A stretch of 64,000 nucleotides of DNA from a bacterium (GCA_965204535.1 CBDBEV010000001.1:896001-960000), one strand, 5' to 3'; positions 28,556-39,607 are shown, counted from the stretch's first letter. Numbers and translations: made by a program. Notes: generated by a model not told the origin, from the sequence alone.

Positions 28556-31264
28556 ATGAGCAACAGCTTCAACGCCCGCGCGGAACTCGAGGTCGGCGGG
28601 AAAACCTATGAGATTTACCGGATAGACGCGCTGAAGGACAAGGGCGACGTCGCGCGGCTCCCCTTCGCCATGAAGGTCCTCCTGGAGAACCTCCTCAGAA
28701 ACGAGGACGGGCGCTCCGTGCGCGCCGCAGACATCGAGGCGCTCGCCTCCTGGGACGCGAAGAACCCCGAGGCGAAAGAGATCGGCTTCATGCCGAGCCG
28801 CGTGCTGCTGCAGGACTTCACGGGTGTTCCCGTCGTGGTGGATCTGGCCGCCATGCGCGACGCCATGAAGGACCTGGGCGGCGACCCCGACCTCATCAAC
28901 CCGCTCCAGCCCGTCGACCTGGTGATCGACCACTCCGTGCAGGTGGACGAGTTCGGCACCGAGACGGCGCTCGAGAACAACGCGCAGCTCGAATACGACC
29001 GCAACACCGAGCGCTACGCCTTCCTGCGCTGGGCGCAGAACGCCTTCGACAACTTCCGCGCCGTGCCGCCCGATACCGGCATCGTCCACCAGGTGAACCT
29101 CGAATTCCTCGCCCCGGTGGTGGGTACGGACGAAAAAGGAGGCGCCACGCGCGCCTTTCCCGATACCGTCGTGGGCACGGACTCGCACACCACGATGATC
29201 AACGGCATCGGCGTCCTGGGCTGGGGCGTGGGCGGCATCGAGGCCGAAGCCGCCATGCTGGGCCAGCCCTACTCGATGCTGATTCCCGACGTGGTCGGCT
29301 TCCGGCTCTCGGGCGATCTGCGTGAGGGCGCCACGGCGACCGACCTCGTGCTCGTGGTCGTGCAGATGCTGCGGGAAAAGGGCGTCGTGGGCAAGTTCGT
29401 GGAATTCTACGGGCCGGGTCTGGACAACCTGCCGCTCGCCGACCGCGCGACGCTCGCCAACATGGCGCCCGAATACGGCGCGACCTGCGGCATCTTCCCC
29501 ATCGATGGCGAAACCCTCAAGTACATGGAACTCACGAACAGGCCGGCGGAGCAGATTGCGTTGGTGGAGGCCTACGCCAAGGCGCAGGGCATGTTCCGCG
29601 AGACGGATTCCCCCGAGGCCGTCTACTCCGACACGCTGGAACTCGACTTGGGCGACGTCGTCCCCAGCATCTCGGGTCCCAAGCGGCCGCAGGACCGCAT
29701 CGTCCTCACCGAGGCGAGCGCCACCTTCGAGCGCGAACTCGACAAGATGCTGGCAGAACTCGGCGGAGGCGATGGCGGCGGCACGGCGGTCGCGCCTGCG
29801 GCCGTCACCGTGCGCGACGGCGCGAAGACTTACGAGATAACCCACGGGGCGGTCGTCATCGCGGCGATCACGAGCTGCACGAACACCTCGAACCCCACCG
29901 TCATGCTGGGCGCAGGCCTTGTGGCGAAAAAAGCCGCCGAGCGCGGCTTGAAGGCGAAGCCCTGGGTCAAGACCTCGCTCGCGCCCGGTTCGATGGTGGT
30001 GACGGAATATCTTCAGAGCGCGGGCCTCACGCCTTATTTAGAAGCGCTCGGCTTCCACAACGTGGGCTACGGCTGCACCACCTGCATCGGGAACTCGGGG
30101 CCTCTGCCCGCGCACATCTCCCAGGCCGTGGCCGAGGGCGACCTCGTCGCCTGCTCGGTGCTCTCGGGCAACCGGAACTTCGAGGGCCGCGTGCACGCCG
30201 AGGTGCGCATGAACTTCCTGGCCTCCCCGCCCCTGGTGGTGGCCTACGCCATCGCCGGGCGCATGGATCTCGACATCACGCGAGACTCCCTGGGCGAGGA
30301 TCAAGACGGAAACCCCGTCTACTTGCGGGACATCTGGCCCTCGCAGAGCGAACTCCAGGACGTGGTGATGAACCACGTGAAGGCGGACATGTTCGAGAAA
30401 AGCTATGGCGACGTGTTCCGGGGCGATCTGCGCTGGCAGGGCATCCCCACGCCCGAGGGCGGCCTTTTCGACTGGGACGACATGTCCACCTATATCAGGC
30501 GCGCGCCTTATTTCGATGGCATGAAGGCCGAACCCGAGCCGGTCGAGGACATCGCAGGCGCGCGCTGTCTCGCGCTATTGGGCGACTCGGTGACGACGGA
30601 CCACATCTCGCCCGCTGGCTCCATCAAGCGCGACAGCCCGAGCGGCCACTTCCTCGTGATGAACGACGTGCTGCCTGATAATTTCAACTCGTATGGCTCG
30701 CGCCGCGGGAACCACGAGGTGATGATGCGCGGCACCTTCTCGAACGTGCGCCTTCGCAACCGGGCGGCGCCGGGCACCGAGGGCGGCTTCACCACCTATT
30801 TCCCGACGAACGAGGTCATGCCCATCTACGACGCGGCGATGCAGTACCAGGAGGCGGGGATTCCCCTCGTCGTCCTGGGCGGTAAGGAATACGGCACGGG
30901 CTCCTCGCGTGACTGGGCCGCCAAGGGTTCGAGCCTGCTCGGCATCCGGGCCGTCATCGCCGAGAGCTTCGAGCGCATCCACCGCTCGAACCTGGTGGGG
31001 ATGGGCGTGCTGCCGCTCCAGTTCAAGCCGGGCGACTCGGCGGAGGGTCTGGGGCTGACGGGCCGCGAGACCTTCGACATCGAGGGTGTGGAGCAGGGCG
31101 AGGCGAAACAGGTGCGCGTCACCGCCACGCCGGAGGGGGGCGGCTCAGCCATCGTATTCGACGCTATCGTGCGCATCGACACCCCCAACGAGGTGGCCTA
31201 CTACCAGCACGGCGGCATCCTGCAGTACGTCCTGCGGCAACTCCTGAAGAGCGGGGAGAATTAG
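28556..31264 (+). CDS. acnA: Aconitate hydratase A
   Basis: [52 protein letters not shown]. Confidence 0.98.
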   Translation: MSNSFNARAELEVGGKTYEIYRIDALKDKGDVARLPFAMKVLLENLLRNEDGRSVRAADIEALASWDAKNPEAKEIGFMPSRVLLQDFTGVPVVVDLAAMRDAMKDLGGDPDLINPLQPVDLVIDHSVQVDEFGTETALENNAQLEYDRNTERYAFLRWAQNAFDNFRAVPPDTGIVHQVNLEFLAPVVGTDEKGGATRAFPDTVVGTDSHTTMINGIGVLGWGVGGIEAEAAMLGQPYSMLIPDVVGFRLSGDLREGATATDLVLVVVQMLREKGVVGKFVEFYGPGLDNLPLADRATLANMAPEYGATCGIFPIDGETLKYMELTNRPAEQIALVEAYAKAQGMFRETDSPEAVYSDTLELDLGDVVPSISGPKRPQDRIVLTEASATFERELDKMLAELGGGDGGGTAVAPAAVTVRDGAKTYEITHGAVVIAAITSCTNTSNPTVMLGAGLVAKKAAERGLKAKPWVKTSLAPGSMVVTEYLQSAGLTPYLEALGFHNVGYGCTTCIGNSGPLPAHISQAVAEGDLVACSVLSGNRNFEGRVHAEVRMNFLASPPLVVAYAIAGRMDLDITRDSLGEDQDGNPVYLRDIWPSQSELQDVVMNHVKADMFEKSYGDVFRGDLRWQGIPTPEGGLFDWDDMSTYIRRAPYFDGMKAEPEPVEDIAGARCLALLGDSVTTDHISPAGSIKRDSPSGHFLVMNDVLPDNFNSYGSRRGNHEVMMRGTFSNVRLRNRAAPGTEGGFTTYFPTNEVMPIYDAAMQYQEAGIPLVVLGGKEYGTGSSRDWAAKGSSLLGIRAVIAESFERIHRSNLVGMGVLPLQFKPGDSAEGLGLTGRETFDIEGVEQGEAKQVRVTATPEGGGSAIVFDAIVRIDTPNEVAYYQHGGILQYVLRQLLKSGEN

Positions 31265-31319
31265 GGGCGGGGCGACCCATTTGGGGTTGTCCTGCTACGC
31301 GAGGGACTTTAATGGTTTT

Positions 31320-31349
31320 GTAGGGACAGGCACAGGGGCCTGTCCCTAC
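31320..31349. repeat. GTAG-type REP palindrome
   Basis: GTAGGGACAGGC-ACAGGG-GCCTGTCCCTAC. Confidence 0.85.
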
Positions 31350-31404
31350 AACCGTAAATACCTGACATTCGAGATGTCCAAAATCGGAGAATAATTGCTC
31401 TGTC

Positions 31405-31545
31405 CTGGATTCCGGCATTCGCCGGAATGACGTTGGGTTTGCTTATCGGAAGCGAGAAGGATGCGGGGTGTGGCCGGATGGAAAGGCCTTTAACCTGACG
31501 AAGCATTGCGAAGTTGCCGTCATTCCGGCGAATGCCGGAATCCAG
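31405..31545. repeat. Inverted pair of identical CGTC-type REP repeats
   Basis: CGTCATTCCGGCGAATGCCGGAATCCAG at 31405-31432 (-) and 31518-31545 (+). Confidence 0.9.
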
Positions 31546-31834
31546 AGCCGATGAGGTCTACAAACAAGTCATTCCATTCAGGATTCCTCTCTTCAATTAA
31601 CCCGATTTTCCACGCCCTCGGCCAGTTTTTGAGCCTCTTCTCATGCGTAATTGCGCTTTCCATCGATTCATGGCTCTCGTACCAGACCAGCATGTGGACA
31701 CCGTAACGCTTCGTGAAGCCTTCTGCCATATCATTCTTGTGTTGCCAGACCCGCCGGATGAGGTCTGAAGTGACACCGATATACAGTGTGCCGTTACGTT
31801 TACTGGCGAGAATGTATACGCAGGGTTGTTTCAT
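31520..31834 (-). CDS. Standalone GIY-YIG nuclease
   Basis: VYILASKRNGTLYIGVTSDLIRRVWQHK...FTKRY...EKRLKNW. Confidence 0.92.
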   Translation of the reverse strand: MKQPCVYILASKRNGTLYIGVTSDLIRRVWQHKNDMAEGFTKRYGVHMLVWYESHESMESAITHEKRLKNWPRAWKIGLIEERNPEWNDLFVDLIGSGFRHSPE

Positions 31835-31849
31835 TCTCAAAAAATCTTT

Positions 31850-31877
31850 CTGGATTCCGGCATGCGCCGGAATGACG
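31850..31877 (-). repeat. CGTC-type REP repeat (third copy)
   Basis: CGTCATTCCGGCGCATGCCGGAATCCAG, 1 mismatch to the other two. Confidence 0.9.
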
Positions 31878-31902
31878 GTCTATAAATCGGCGTGGCGAAA
31901 AT

Positions 31903-31930
31903 GTAGGGGCCGTTCGCGAACGGCCCCTAC
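31903..31930. repeat. GTAG-type REP palindrome (different stem)
   Basis: GTAGGGGCCGTTCGCGAACGGCCCCTAC. Confidence 0.85.
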
Positions 31931-31960
31931 CAATTCTGCTGTTTTTTTCTTGTCCACCCC

Positions 31961-33094
31961 TCACCCAACAACCTCCTGAAACCGCGCCCACAGGTATTCC
32001 GCGTCCGCGTCGGTGAGCGGGTCGGGGGAGATGAAGATTCCCGACTCGCCCGATATGCCGACCTGCACTCTTACTTCGCACTCCCATAGCGCCTCGGCGA
32101 CCTCATCTCGCGATTTTCCGAGCGCATCCTCATCAATTTCGATCACGACTTCGGGCAAATCCTGCCCCAGGGAGTTGGGGCGCCTCACGCGGGCTGATAA
32201 TCCATTCATCCCGGCTGTGCGCTCCATGAAGAACTCGCACCACCGCTCGTTGTGGACGTACTGGGCGGCCTCGCCGCCATTGAAATAATGCTCGAACGCC
32301 GCGAGCAGGCCCACGACGTCGTCGCGCCCCGCCTTCATGGGCCGACCGACCGAATACCTGGGGCTTCCCATCATGGCGCAGGCTTGGACGATCTCCTTCT
32401 TGCCCAGGATGACGCCTGTGTTCTGCGGTCCGCCGATGCTCTTCCCCCCGCTGAAGATGGCGGCGTCGGCCCCCATCTCCTTCGTGTAGCGCCAGAGATT
32501 GGCGGACGGCGGAAGCTGCGACGCCGCGTCCACGACCACGGGGACGTTCTTGCCGTGCGCGATCTCGATGATGGTCTCGAGCTTCAGGATGTTTCCGCCC
32601 GCGTAGCGGCCCGGGAAATAGAAGACGCCCGCCGTCTTCTCGCCGATGGCCTCTTCTAACTCCCAGGGGTGGGTCTGGCGGTGCGAGCCGATCTCGACGA
32701 GCCGCGCCCCCGCCTGGCGGATGTTGATGTCGTAGTGGTTTCGCTGGAAGCGGTGGATGACGATCTCGTTCTTGAGACCGTCGGTGAAGGGGAGCCTGTC
32801 CATGAGGGCCGGGTTTCCGCCCGTGATGCAGGCGGCAGCACAGAGAACGAGACCGGCGGCGGAGCCGCTCGTGACGTAGGCCGCCTCGTTCTGCGTCATC
32901 TGCGCGATGCGCGCGCCCGCTTTCGCGTGGAGTTCGTTCATGTCCACCTGGGCGGCGTTCGCCTCCTGCATGGCGGCCCAGATTTCCGGCCTCATTTTCG
33001 AGCCGCCGAAGACAGTCTGGCGCGTGCGCGCGCTGATGACGCGGCGGATTCCCAGGTCGTTCAGGAATTCGGGGTCTTGATGGGATTCGTTAAT
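31961..33094 (-). CDS. SelA-like/DgaE-like PLP-dependent enzyme, apparent ATT start
   Basis: VVVDAASQLPP, FSGGKSIGGPQ PLP-lysine motif, GRPMK; family-like N-terminus LGIRRVISAR...FGGS lies upstream of the first ATG. Confidence 0.8.
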   Translation of the reverse strand: MNESHQDPEFLNDLGIRRVISARTRQTVFGGSKMRPEIWAAMQEANAAQVDMNELHAKAGARIAQMTQNEAAYVTSGSAAGLVLCAAACITGGNPALMDRLPFTDGLKNEIVIHRFQRNHYDINIRQAGARLVEIGSHRQTHPWELEEAIGEKTAGVFYFPGRYAGGNILKLETIIEIAHGKNVPVVVDAASQLPPSANLWRYTKEMGADAAIFSGGKSIGGPQNTGVILGKKEIVQACAMMGSPRYSVGRPMKAGRDDVVGLLAAFEHYFNGGEAAQYVHNERWCEFFMERTAGMNGLSARVRRPNSLGQDLPEVVIEIDEDALGKSRDEVAEALWECEVRVQVGISGESGIFISPDPLTDADAEYLWARFQEVVG

Positions 33095-33105
33095 CGCCTT
33101 GCTCC

Positions 33106-33852
33106 TTAGCCTGTGGTGGAATAGCGCAGCGTCGCGCCTTGAAGAGCAGTCCAGGAGGCGCCTTCGGTTTTTCCGTGAAGAGAAAGCGTGTGAAAACCCT
33201 CCTCATCGCGCGCGAAGCGCCTCTCGATTTGAATACTGAATGCCTGCGCCGCATCGCGCGGCGTTATTTCCAGGTCAGCCGATTCGGGCGGCGTGTCGTC
33301 AAGCCCCACGCCCAGAAGCAGCGGCGAGGCGGCCCACGCGCTCCGCACGCGGCCCTCAATTTCGAGACCCGCCTCCTCCTCTCCCCATACGAGAAAAGAG
33401 ACGGAGAGGTCTTGCGATATTTCGCGCCATCCGCCCGGAGGAATCGCCGCATCCACACGCAGCCTTTGCCGCCACTCGATGAGCTTTCTGTTGTGATGGC
33501 TCAGGATGAGCGTCCTGTGCTCGGACCTGTCCGCCCAGTGGTAGTGCCTGGGCCTGTTCTCGTAGGGCCTTCCCATGCCGACGAGGAGCGCCTCTGGATC
33601 GCCGCGCATCACCTCCTCGCCGTCCAGCGTTTCATGCCCCGTGGTCGAGGCGACCAGCTTCACGCGCTCGCGTTTTTCATCCCACGTCGCGTAGACGTAC
33701 TGCACCGTATCGACGGGAGGCCGCGAGGCCACGTTGGGCGGAGGTTCCTGCAGAACACGGGGCTGTCCGCCGATACGGATTTCCTCGCCCCCGTGGCGCA
33801 CGAGTTCGAGCTGGTGAAAGCCCCGGTATTCGAGACGGCACGGCTGGGCCAT
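33106..33852 (-). CDS. Hypothetical protein
   Basis: GGAGGAG RBS; its stop overlaps the RBS of the downstream gene. Confidence 0.6.
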   Translation of the reverse strand: MAQPCRLEYRGFHQLELVRHGGEEIRIGGQPRVLQEPPPNVASRPPVDTVQYVYATWDEKRERVKLVASTTGHETLDGEEVMRGDPEALLVGMGRPYENRPRHYHWADRSEHRTLILSHHNRKLIEWRQRLRVDAAIPPGGWREISQDLSVSFLVWGEEEAGLEIEGRVRSAWAASPLLLGVGLDDTPPESADLEITPRDAAQAFSIQIERRFARDEEGFHTLSLHGKTEGASWTALQGATLRYSTTG

Positions 33853-33992
33853 GGAGACTCCTCCACTGGATGCGCTTGAACTTGTGTTCGATGCGCCCAT
33901 CATATCACGATGTGCGCGCGGGATGGATCGTGTATCATGGCGCCGCGCCGCCGACCGGCGGCGTTTTCTTTTATCAAGACAGGAGTTTCGAG

Positions 33993-35036
33993 ATGCGTAT
34001 CATGACCACCCTACCGATGGATGACCTGAAAAAAGCGGGTCCCGCCGCGCGAGAGATCGAAGCGGCCGGCTATGACGGCGCCATGACCATGGAGAACGCG
34101 CACCACCCGTTCCTGCCCCTGGCGGTGGCGGCTGTGGAGACCGAGCGCGTGGAGCTTCTGACCGCCGTGGCCATCGCCTTTCCGAGGAGTCCCATGGTGT
34201 GCGCGAACGCGGCTTGGGACTTACAGGTCGCCTCGGAGGGAAGGTTCGTCCTGGGGCTCGGCCCCCAGATTCGCGCGCACAACGTGCGGCGCTTCAGCGT
34301 GCCCTGGAGCGCGCCCGCAGCGAGGATGCGCGAATACGTGGAATCGCTCCGCGCGATATGGCGCACCTGGCAAAGCGGGGAAAAGCTCGATTACAAGGGC
34401 GAGCACTACCAGTTCAGCCTCATGACGCCCGCCTTCACGCCGCCCTCAGGTGATCAGCCGATGGCGCCCGTCACCATCGCGGCGGTGGGGCCGGGGATGC
34501 TGAAAGTCGCCGGGAGCCGCTGCGACGGCGTGCGTCTGCATCCCTTCTGCACCAACAGGTATTTCGAAGAATTCTGCCTGCCGAGGCTCACGGATGGGTT
34601 CGGGGAGAACGGGATTACGCGCGAGAACTTCGAGATCACCGGCGGCGGCTACGTCGTCACGGGCCGCGATGAGGAGGCCCTGCGCCGCGGGATGGATGAG
34701 GTCAAAGTGCGCCTCGGTTTTTACGGCTCGACGCCCGATTACTGGCCGGTGCTCGAGATGCACGGCTACGGCGATCTGGGCAGAAAACTCAGACAAATGA
34801 CACGCGAGGGCAAGTGGGGTGAACTGGCGGGCGAGATTCCCGACGACCTGGTGCGCCTTTTCGCCGCCGTGGGCGTTCACGGAGAGATCAAAGAAGCGAT
34901 CGAGGCGCGCTTCGGGAACGGCGTCGACACCCTCTACGCGGGCATGCTCCCCACGGCGGATCGCGACCTCCCGCCCGACCTCATCCGGGACATCCAGACG
35001 ATCCCTGTGGCGTTTACAGGGTTTGCGGAGAGGTAG
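33993..35036 (+). CDS. LLM-class (probably F420-dependent) oxidoreductase
   Basis: HHPFLPLAVAA, AIAFPRSPM, GRFVLGLGPQIRAHNVRRFSVPW, FYGSTPDY. Confidence 0.88.
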   Translation: MRIMTTLPMDDLKKAGPAAREIEAAGYDGAMTMENAHHPFLPLAVAAVETERVELLTAVAIAFPRSPMVCANAAWDLQVASEGRFVLGLGPQIRAHNVRRFSVPWSAPAARMREYVESLRAIWRTWQSGEKLDYKGEHYQFSLMTPAFTPPSGDQPMAPVTIAAVGPGMLKVAGSRCDGVRLHPFCTNRYFEEFCLPRLTDGFGENGITRENFEITGGGYVVTGRDEEALRRGMDEVKVRLGFYGSTPDYWPVLEMHGYGDLGRKLRQMTREGKWGELAGEIPDDLVRLFAAVGVHGEIKEAIEARFGNGVDTLYAGMLPTADRDLPPDLIRDIQTIPVAFTGFAER

Positions 35037-35051
35037 GGGGTGATGCTTTTG

Positions 35052-35302
35052 GTAGGGACAGGCCCCCGTGCCTGTCCGCCACGCGACGGGATCATATTCC
35101 CACATCGGCAGGACGTAACTGTAGGGACAGGTCGCGACCTGTCCCTACCAAAGTCCGTTTATCGTTCCTGGTCGTACACCCTGTTTATTTGAAACCACTC
35201 CACGACGGACGCAAGGTGGTGCAGGTCGGACATATATGTCCGACATAAATGCGACCCGCACTGTAAAGGCGAAGTACAGGGCCGCATATATGCGGCCCCT
35301 AC
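35052..35302. repeat. Cluster of REP-like palindromes between convergent genes
   Basis: Hairpins at 35052-35077, 35121-35148 (perfect 28-bp palindrome), 35225-35244 and 35274-35302. Confidence 0.85.
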
Positions 35303-35346
35303 AGGTGGAATTTCTCCTCACTTGCCCGGGTTTGACCTATAAGCCG

Positions 35347-36738
35347 TCACCCCCTCGGCCCGATCATGTTTTCGGGCTTGACGGCGGCGTCGAACTCCTC
35401 GCCCGTCAAGAGGTCGAGGGCGACCGCCGCGTCGCGCAGGGTGCCGCCCTCGGCGAACGCCTTTTTCGCCACCCTGGCCGCGTTGTCGTACCCGATGACG
35501 GGGTTCAGCGCCGTCACGAGCATGAGCGAGTTCTGGAGGTAGGCGTCTATCGCGGGGCGGTTCGGTTCGATCCCCACCGCGCAGTGCTCGTTGAACGAAT
35601 CGCACGCATCGGCCAGCAGACGCACGGAGTTCAGCAGGTTGAAGATCATCACGGGCTTGAAGACGTTCAGCTCGAAATGTCCCGTAGCACCTCCCACGTT
35701 CACGGCCACGTCGTTGCCCATCACCTGGGCGCACACCATCGTCATCGCCTCGCTCTGGGTGGGGTTCACCTTGCCGGGCATGATGGAGCTTCCCGGCTCG
35801 TTCTCGGGGATCAAAAGCTCGCCCACGCCGCACCGGGGGCCGGACGCCAGCATGCGGATGTCGTTAGCGATCTTCATGAGTGAGGCCGCCAGGGTCTTCA
35901 CTGCCCCACTCGCGAAGACGACCGCATCGTGCGCGGCGAGCGCCTCGAACTTGTTGGGCGCGCTTCTAAAGGGAAGCCCCGTCATCTCGGCGATTCTGGC
36001 GGCGGCCTTCTCCGCAAAATCGGGATGCGTGTTCAGGCCCGTGCCCACCGCCGTGCCGCCAAGCGCCAGTTCATAGATGCCGTCCAGCGACATCCTGACG
36101 CGCGCGAGTCCGTTTTCCAGCTGCTGGGCGTAGCCGGAGAATTCCTGGCCGAGCGTCAAGGGAACGGCGTCCATGAGATGGGTGCGGCCGATCTTGATGA
36201 TCGAATCGAAGGCTTCGGCCTTCTGCGCGAGTGTTTCTTTTAGCGTCTCCACGGCGGGGATGAGTCGCTTCGTCATCTGCTCGCCCGCCGCGACGTGCAT
36301 CGCCGTCGGGAAGGTGTCGTTCGAGGACTGCGCCTTGTTCACGTCGTCGTTGGGGTGAATCGGGTCCTTGGAACCCATCTCGCCGCCCGCGAGTTCGATG
36401 GCGCGGTTGGCGATGACCTCGTTGGCGTTCATGTTCGTCTGCGTGCCGCTGCCGGTCTGCCAGACGACGAGCGGGAAATGCGCGTCCAGATCGCCCGCGA
36501 TCACCTCATCCGCCGCCTGTGTGATGAGCGCGGCCTTCTCCGAATCGAGAATCCCCAACTCCTCGTTCGTCACCGCGGCGGCTTTCTTCAGAATCCCCAG
36601 CGCGCGGATGATCTCGCGCGGAAAGCGGTCGCCGCCTATCTTGAAATGAACGAGCGAGCGCGCCGTCTGCGCGCCGTAGTATTTGTCCTCGGGCACCTCG
36701 ATCTCGCCCATGCTGTCGGTTTCGATTCGATGCGACAT
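35347..36738 (-). CDS. fumC: Class II fumarate hydratase
   Basis: [33 protein letters not shown]. Confidence 0.98.
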   Translation of the reverse strand: MSHRIETDSMGEIEVPEDKYYGAQTARSLVHFKIGGDRFPREIIRALGILKKAAAVTNEELGILDSEKAALITQAADEVIAGDLDAHFPLVVWQTGSGTQTNMNANEVIANRAIELAGGEMGSKDPIHPNDDVNKAQSSNDTFPTAMHVAAGEQMTKRLIPAVETLKETLAQKAEAFDSIIKIGRTHLMDAVPLTLGQEFSGYAQQLENGLARVRMSLDGIYELALGGTAVGTGLNTHPDFAEKAAARIAEMTGLPFRSAPNKFEALAAHDAVVFASGAVKTLAASLMKIANDIRMLASGPRCGVGELLIPENEPGSSIMPGKVNPTQSEAMTMVCAQVMGNDVAVNVGGATGHFELNVFKPVMIFNLLNSVRLLADACDSFNEHCAVGIEPNRPAIDAYLQNSLMLVTALNPVIGYDNAARVAKKAFAEGGTLRDAAVALDLLTGEEFDAAVKPENMIGPRG

Positions 36739-36803
36739 GCTGCCTCCTGCGGATGCGTGATGTGAAGGGTTTGTTGGTCTATGATCTCATCAGGCCGGTC
36801 GCC

Positions 36804-37832
36804 TCACCACATGAGGACGATGCGGCCGACCGGGTCGCCCGCGCGAAGGGCGGCCAGCGCGTCATTGGCGTCCGGCATCGGGGCTTCCTCGGTGATGACG
36901 GCGCGCACGCGGCCGTCGTTCACCAGGCTCGCCGCGTCGGCCACGTCGCGCACGGTGTGGTTGTGCGACGCGACGATCTGGATCCACTTGTAGACGAGCT
37001 GCGCGGGGTCGATCTCCACCTTCTGGCCGAAGGAGTAGCCCAGGATGACGAGGCGTCCGCCGGGTCTTAAGAGATCGATGCACTGCTGGAGCACGGGCGG
37101 CACGGCGGCTCCGCCGACGATCTCGAGCGCGATGTCCGCGCCGAAACCGTTCGTCATGTCCATGACGGCCTTGACCGGGTCGGCCTCCATCGCGTTCACG
37201 GTCTCGAACGCGCCGAGTTCGCGCGCCTTGGCGAGTTTTTCCTCCTTCACGTCCACGGCGATGACGTTCACGCCCAGGTGGCGGAGGATCTGCAGGGCGT
37301 GGAGCCCCAGTCCTCCGACCCCGAAGATGACGGCGCATTCGCCGAGTTCGGGCCGCGCCATGCGGATGGCGTGGAGCGGGGAGCCGAGCGTCCCGCCGAT
37401 GAGGGAAGCCGCCGCCAGCGAGACGTTTTCCCCGACTTTGACGAGGTTCCGCTCCGAGACCGCGACCAACTGGCCGAAGCCGCCGTCTATCTCTATCCCC
37501 AGGCGTCCCGGCGAGTTCAGGCACATCTCCTCGTGGCCGGCGCGGCACATGCGGCAGCGCCCGCAGGTCTGCTTGCTCACGACGACCACGCGGTCGCCCG
37601 AAGTGACGGAATCGACTTCCGCGCCCACTTCGAGCACGATGCCTGAGTTCTCGTGGCCGAGCATCAGGGGCGTGGGGGCCGACTTCACGCTGCCGTCGAC
37701 TATCTTCAGGTCGGTCGCGCAAAGGCCGTTCGCCTTCGATTCCACGAGCACCTGGCGCGGGCCGATCTCGGGCTCGGGCGCTTCCTCGTAGACGAGGGGT
37801 TTGCCGAACTCTTTAAGGATCATGGCCTTCAT
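36804..37832 (-). CDS. Zinc-dependent alcohol dehydrogenase (MDR family)
   Basis: GLCATD, LGHE, CGRCRMC...C, GVGGLG. Confidence 0.92.
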   Translation of the reverse strand: MKAMILKEFGKPLVYEEAPEPEIGPRQVLVESKANGLCATDLKIVDGSVKSAPTPLMLGHENSGIVLEVGAEVDSVTSGDRVVVVSKQTCGRCRMCRAGHEEMCLNSPGRLGIEIDGGFGQLVAVSERNLVKVGENVSLAAASLIGGTLGSPLHAIRMARPELGECAVIFGVGGLGLHALQILRHLGVNVIAVDVKEEKLAKARELGAFETVNAMEADPVKAVMDMTNGFGADIALEIVGGAAVPPVLQQCIDLLRPGGRLVILGYSFGQKVEIDPAQLVYKWIQIVASHNHTVRDVADAASLVNDGRVRAVITEEAPMPDANDALAALRAGDPVGRIVLMW

Positions 37833-37944
37833 GGGCGGTTCCTCCGCTTTTTGTTATCAAGGGGCAAAACCTGCGGCGATTTTAGCAGGCCCGTGGTGGG
37901 GACGCCAGATGGGGTGAGAATTTCGGGGTGATGCCTCGCATTCT

Positions 37945-37972
37945 GTAGGGACAGGTCGCGACCTGTCCCTAC
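37945..37972. repeat. GTAG-type REP, perfect 28-bp palindrome
   Basis: GTAGGGACAGGTCGCGACCTGTCCCTAC, identical to 35121-35148. Confidence 0.9.
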
Positions 37973-37975
37973 AAA

Positions 37976-38719
37976 TCACATCCCCAACCCCCCGTCGATT
38001 CGGAGCACGATGCCGGTCACATAGCTCGCCTCGTCCGACGCCAGGAAGACGAACCCCGCCGCCATCTCCTCGGGCTCGCCCCACCGGCCGAGGCAGATGC
38101 GCTCGAGGTACTTCGATTCAAAGCGTTCATCCGTGCGAATCGTCTCCGTCATCGGGGTGATGGCCGCGGGCGAGACGCAGTTCACGGTGATGTTGTGGCG
38201 CCCCAGCTCGCGGGCCGCGCTCTGCGTCGCGCCGACGATGCCCATCTTGGCCGAAGAATAATTGATCTGGCCGATGGTGCCGCGAAGCCCGGCGCCCGAG
38301 GTGACGTTGATGATGCGGCCCTCTTTCCGGGGGATCATGCGCTTGGCCGCCGCGTGGATGCCCGTCCAGGTGCCCTTCAAGTGCACGGCGATCACGGAGT
38401 CCCACTGTTCTTCGCTCATCTTGTGGAGCATGGCCGCGCGCACGATGCCGGCGTTGTTCACCATCACGTGAATCGGTCCGTGCGCGGCCTCGGACGCGTC
38501 GAGCGCGCCCTCGACTTCTTCTAAGCTGCTTACGTCGGCCTTGTGGAAGAGCGCCTCGCCGCCTGCCTCGCGAATCAAGCGCGCCGTCTCCTCGCCGCCC
38601 TTCTCGTTCATGTCGACGACGAGCACCTTGGCGCCTTCTTCAGCGAAGCGTTGGCAGACAGAGCGTCCGATGCCCTGCGCTGCGCCCGTCACGAGGGCGT
38701 TCTTGTCTTTCAGTCTCAT
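37976..38719 (-). CDS. Short-chain dehydrogenase (3-oxoacyl-ACP/CoA reductase-like)
   Basis: TGAAQGIG, NNAG, YSSAK. Confidence 0.92.
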   Translation of the reverse strand: MRLKDKNALVTGAAQGIGRSVCQRFAEEGAKVLVVDMNEKGGEETARLIREAGGEALFHKADVSSLEEVEGALDASEAAHGPIHVMVNNAGIVRAAMLHKMSEEQWDSVIAVHLKGTWTGIHAAAKRMIPRKEGRIINVTSGAGLRGTIGQINYSSAKMGIVGATQSAARELGRHNITVNCVSPAAITPMTETIRTDERFESKYLERICLGRWGEPEEMAAGFVFLASDEASYVTGIVLRIDGGLGM

Positions 38720-38747
38720 GGAATTCCTCTCTTTCCGTTCTGTGGAT

Positions 38748-39149
38748 TCAGTCGAGCCAGGCCTGGGCCTCGCCCCTGGTGACGACGCGGCCACTTAAGT
38801 CTACCGCCTCGATCTCGCAGGCGGCGTATTCCCGGCCGTTCTCTTTCGCGATGTCGGTCACGACGCCCCGGCAGGTGATGACCTCGCCGAGCTTCACCAT
38901 GCCCTGAAAGCGCACTTCGAGCCGCTTGTAGCTTCCCGCGCCGAAGGCGGTTTCGACGAATTGCCCCAGAAAGCCCATCGAGAGCATCCCGTGGGCGATG
39001 ACGCCCTCGAGGCCGCCCGCGCGCGCCGCCTCGTCGTCATAGTGGATCGAGTTGTAATCTCCGCTCGCGCCGGCGTATTTCACGAGCTGCGTCCGCGAAA
39101 CCGGATCCTTCACGAGTTCGGGGAGGGTATCTCCCTTCTGGTAGCGCAT
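38748..39149 (-). CDS. MaoC-family dehydratase
   Basis: YAGASGDYNSIH, IAHGML. Confidence 0.9.
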   Translation of the reverse strand: MRYQKGDTLPELVKDPVSRTQLVKYAGASGDYNSIHYDDEAARAGGLEGVIAHGMLSMGFLGQFVETAFGAGSYKRLEVRFQGMVKLGEVITCRGVVTDIAKENGREYAACEIEAVDLSGRVVTRGEAQAWLD

Positions 39150-39159
39150 CGTCTCTCCT

Positions 39160-39594
39160 TCAGTTCCGGAACCGCCGGAGCGACACCCACTTGCCGCCGC
39201 CCACGCGGGAGCCGTCGCGCGCATCGAGAAACTCGTATTCGCGCTCGACGAATACGAGGTCGCCCGTGCGGCCCGATTTTTCAGTGATGTCGATGATGGT
39301 GAAGGATACGTCCAGTTCATCGCCCGCGCGGATGGGCCGCTCGACCTCATAGACCTGTGAGGCGTGCAGACCCACGTCGCCGAAACCAGGCGGCAGATCG
39401 GGGTAGGCGTCCTTGGGCCGGAAGGTGGTGGGAAACGTCGGCGGCGCGACCGCATCCGGCCCCCGGTAGGCGGGGTTATCGTCGCCGACCGCGTCCGCGA
39501 ATTTCTCAATCGCCCCCTGCTCGACCCGGACGCGGTAGGGGCCGTGCTTTCGCCCCACCAGGGCGCGTATTTCGGGCGTGATTCTCGTGCTCAT
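39160..39594 (-). CDS. MaoC-like dehydratase partner subunit
   Basis: IEKFADAVGDDNPAY, APPTF, LHASQ...RPIRAGD. Confidence 0.88.
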   Translation of the reverse strand: MSTRITPEIRALVGRKHGPYRVRVEQGAIEKFADAVGDDNPAYRGPDAVAPPTFPTTFRPKDAYPDLPPGFGDVGLHASQVYEVERPIRAGDELDVSFTIIDITEKSGRTGDLVFVEREYEFLDARDGSRVGGGKWVSLRRFRN

Positions 39595-39607
39595 GCGGGT
39601 CCTCTCG

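Noticed and set aside
31961-33094. Calling this gene selA to explain the selenoprotein
   Set aside because: About 377 aa with DgaE-like motifs; it lacks the size and N-terminal domain expected of true SelA.
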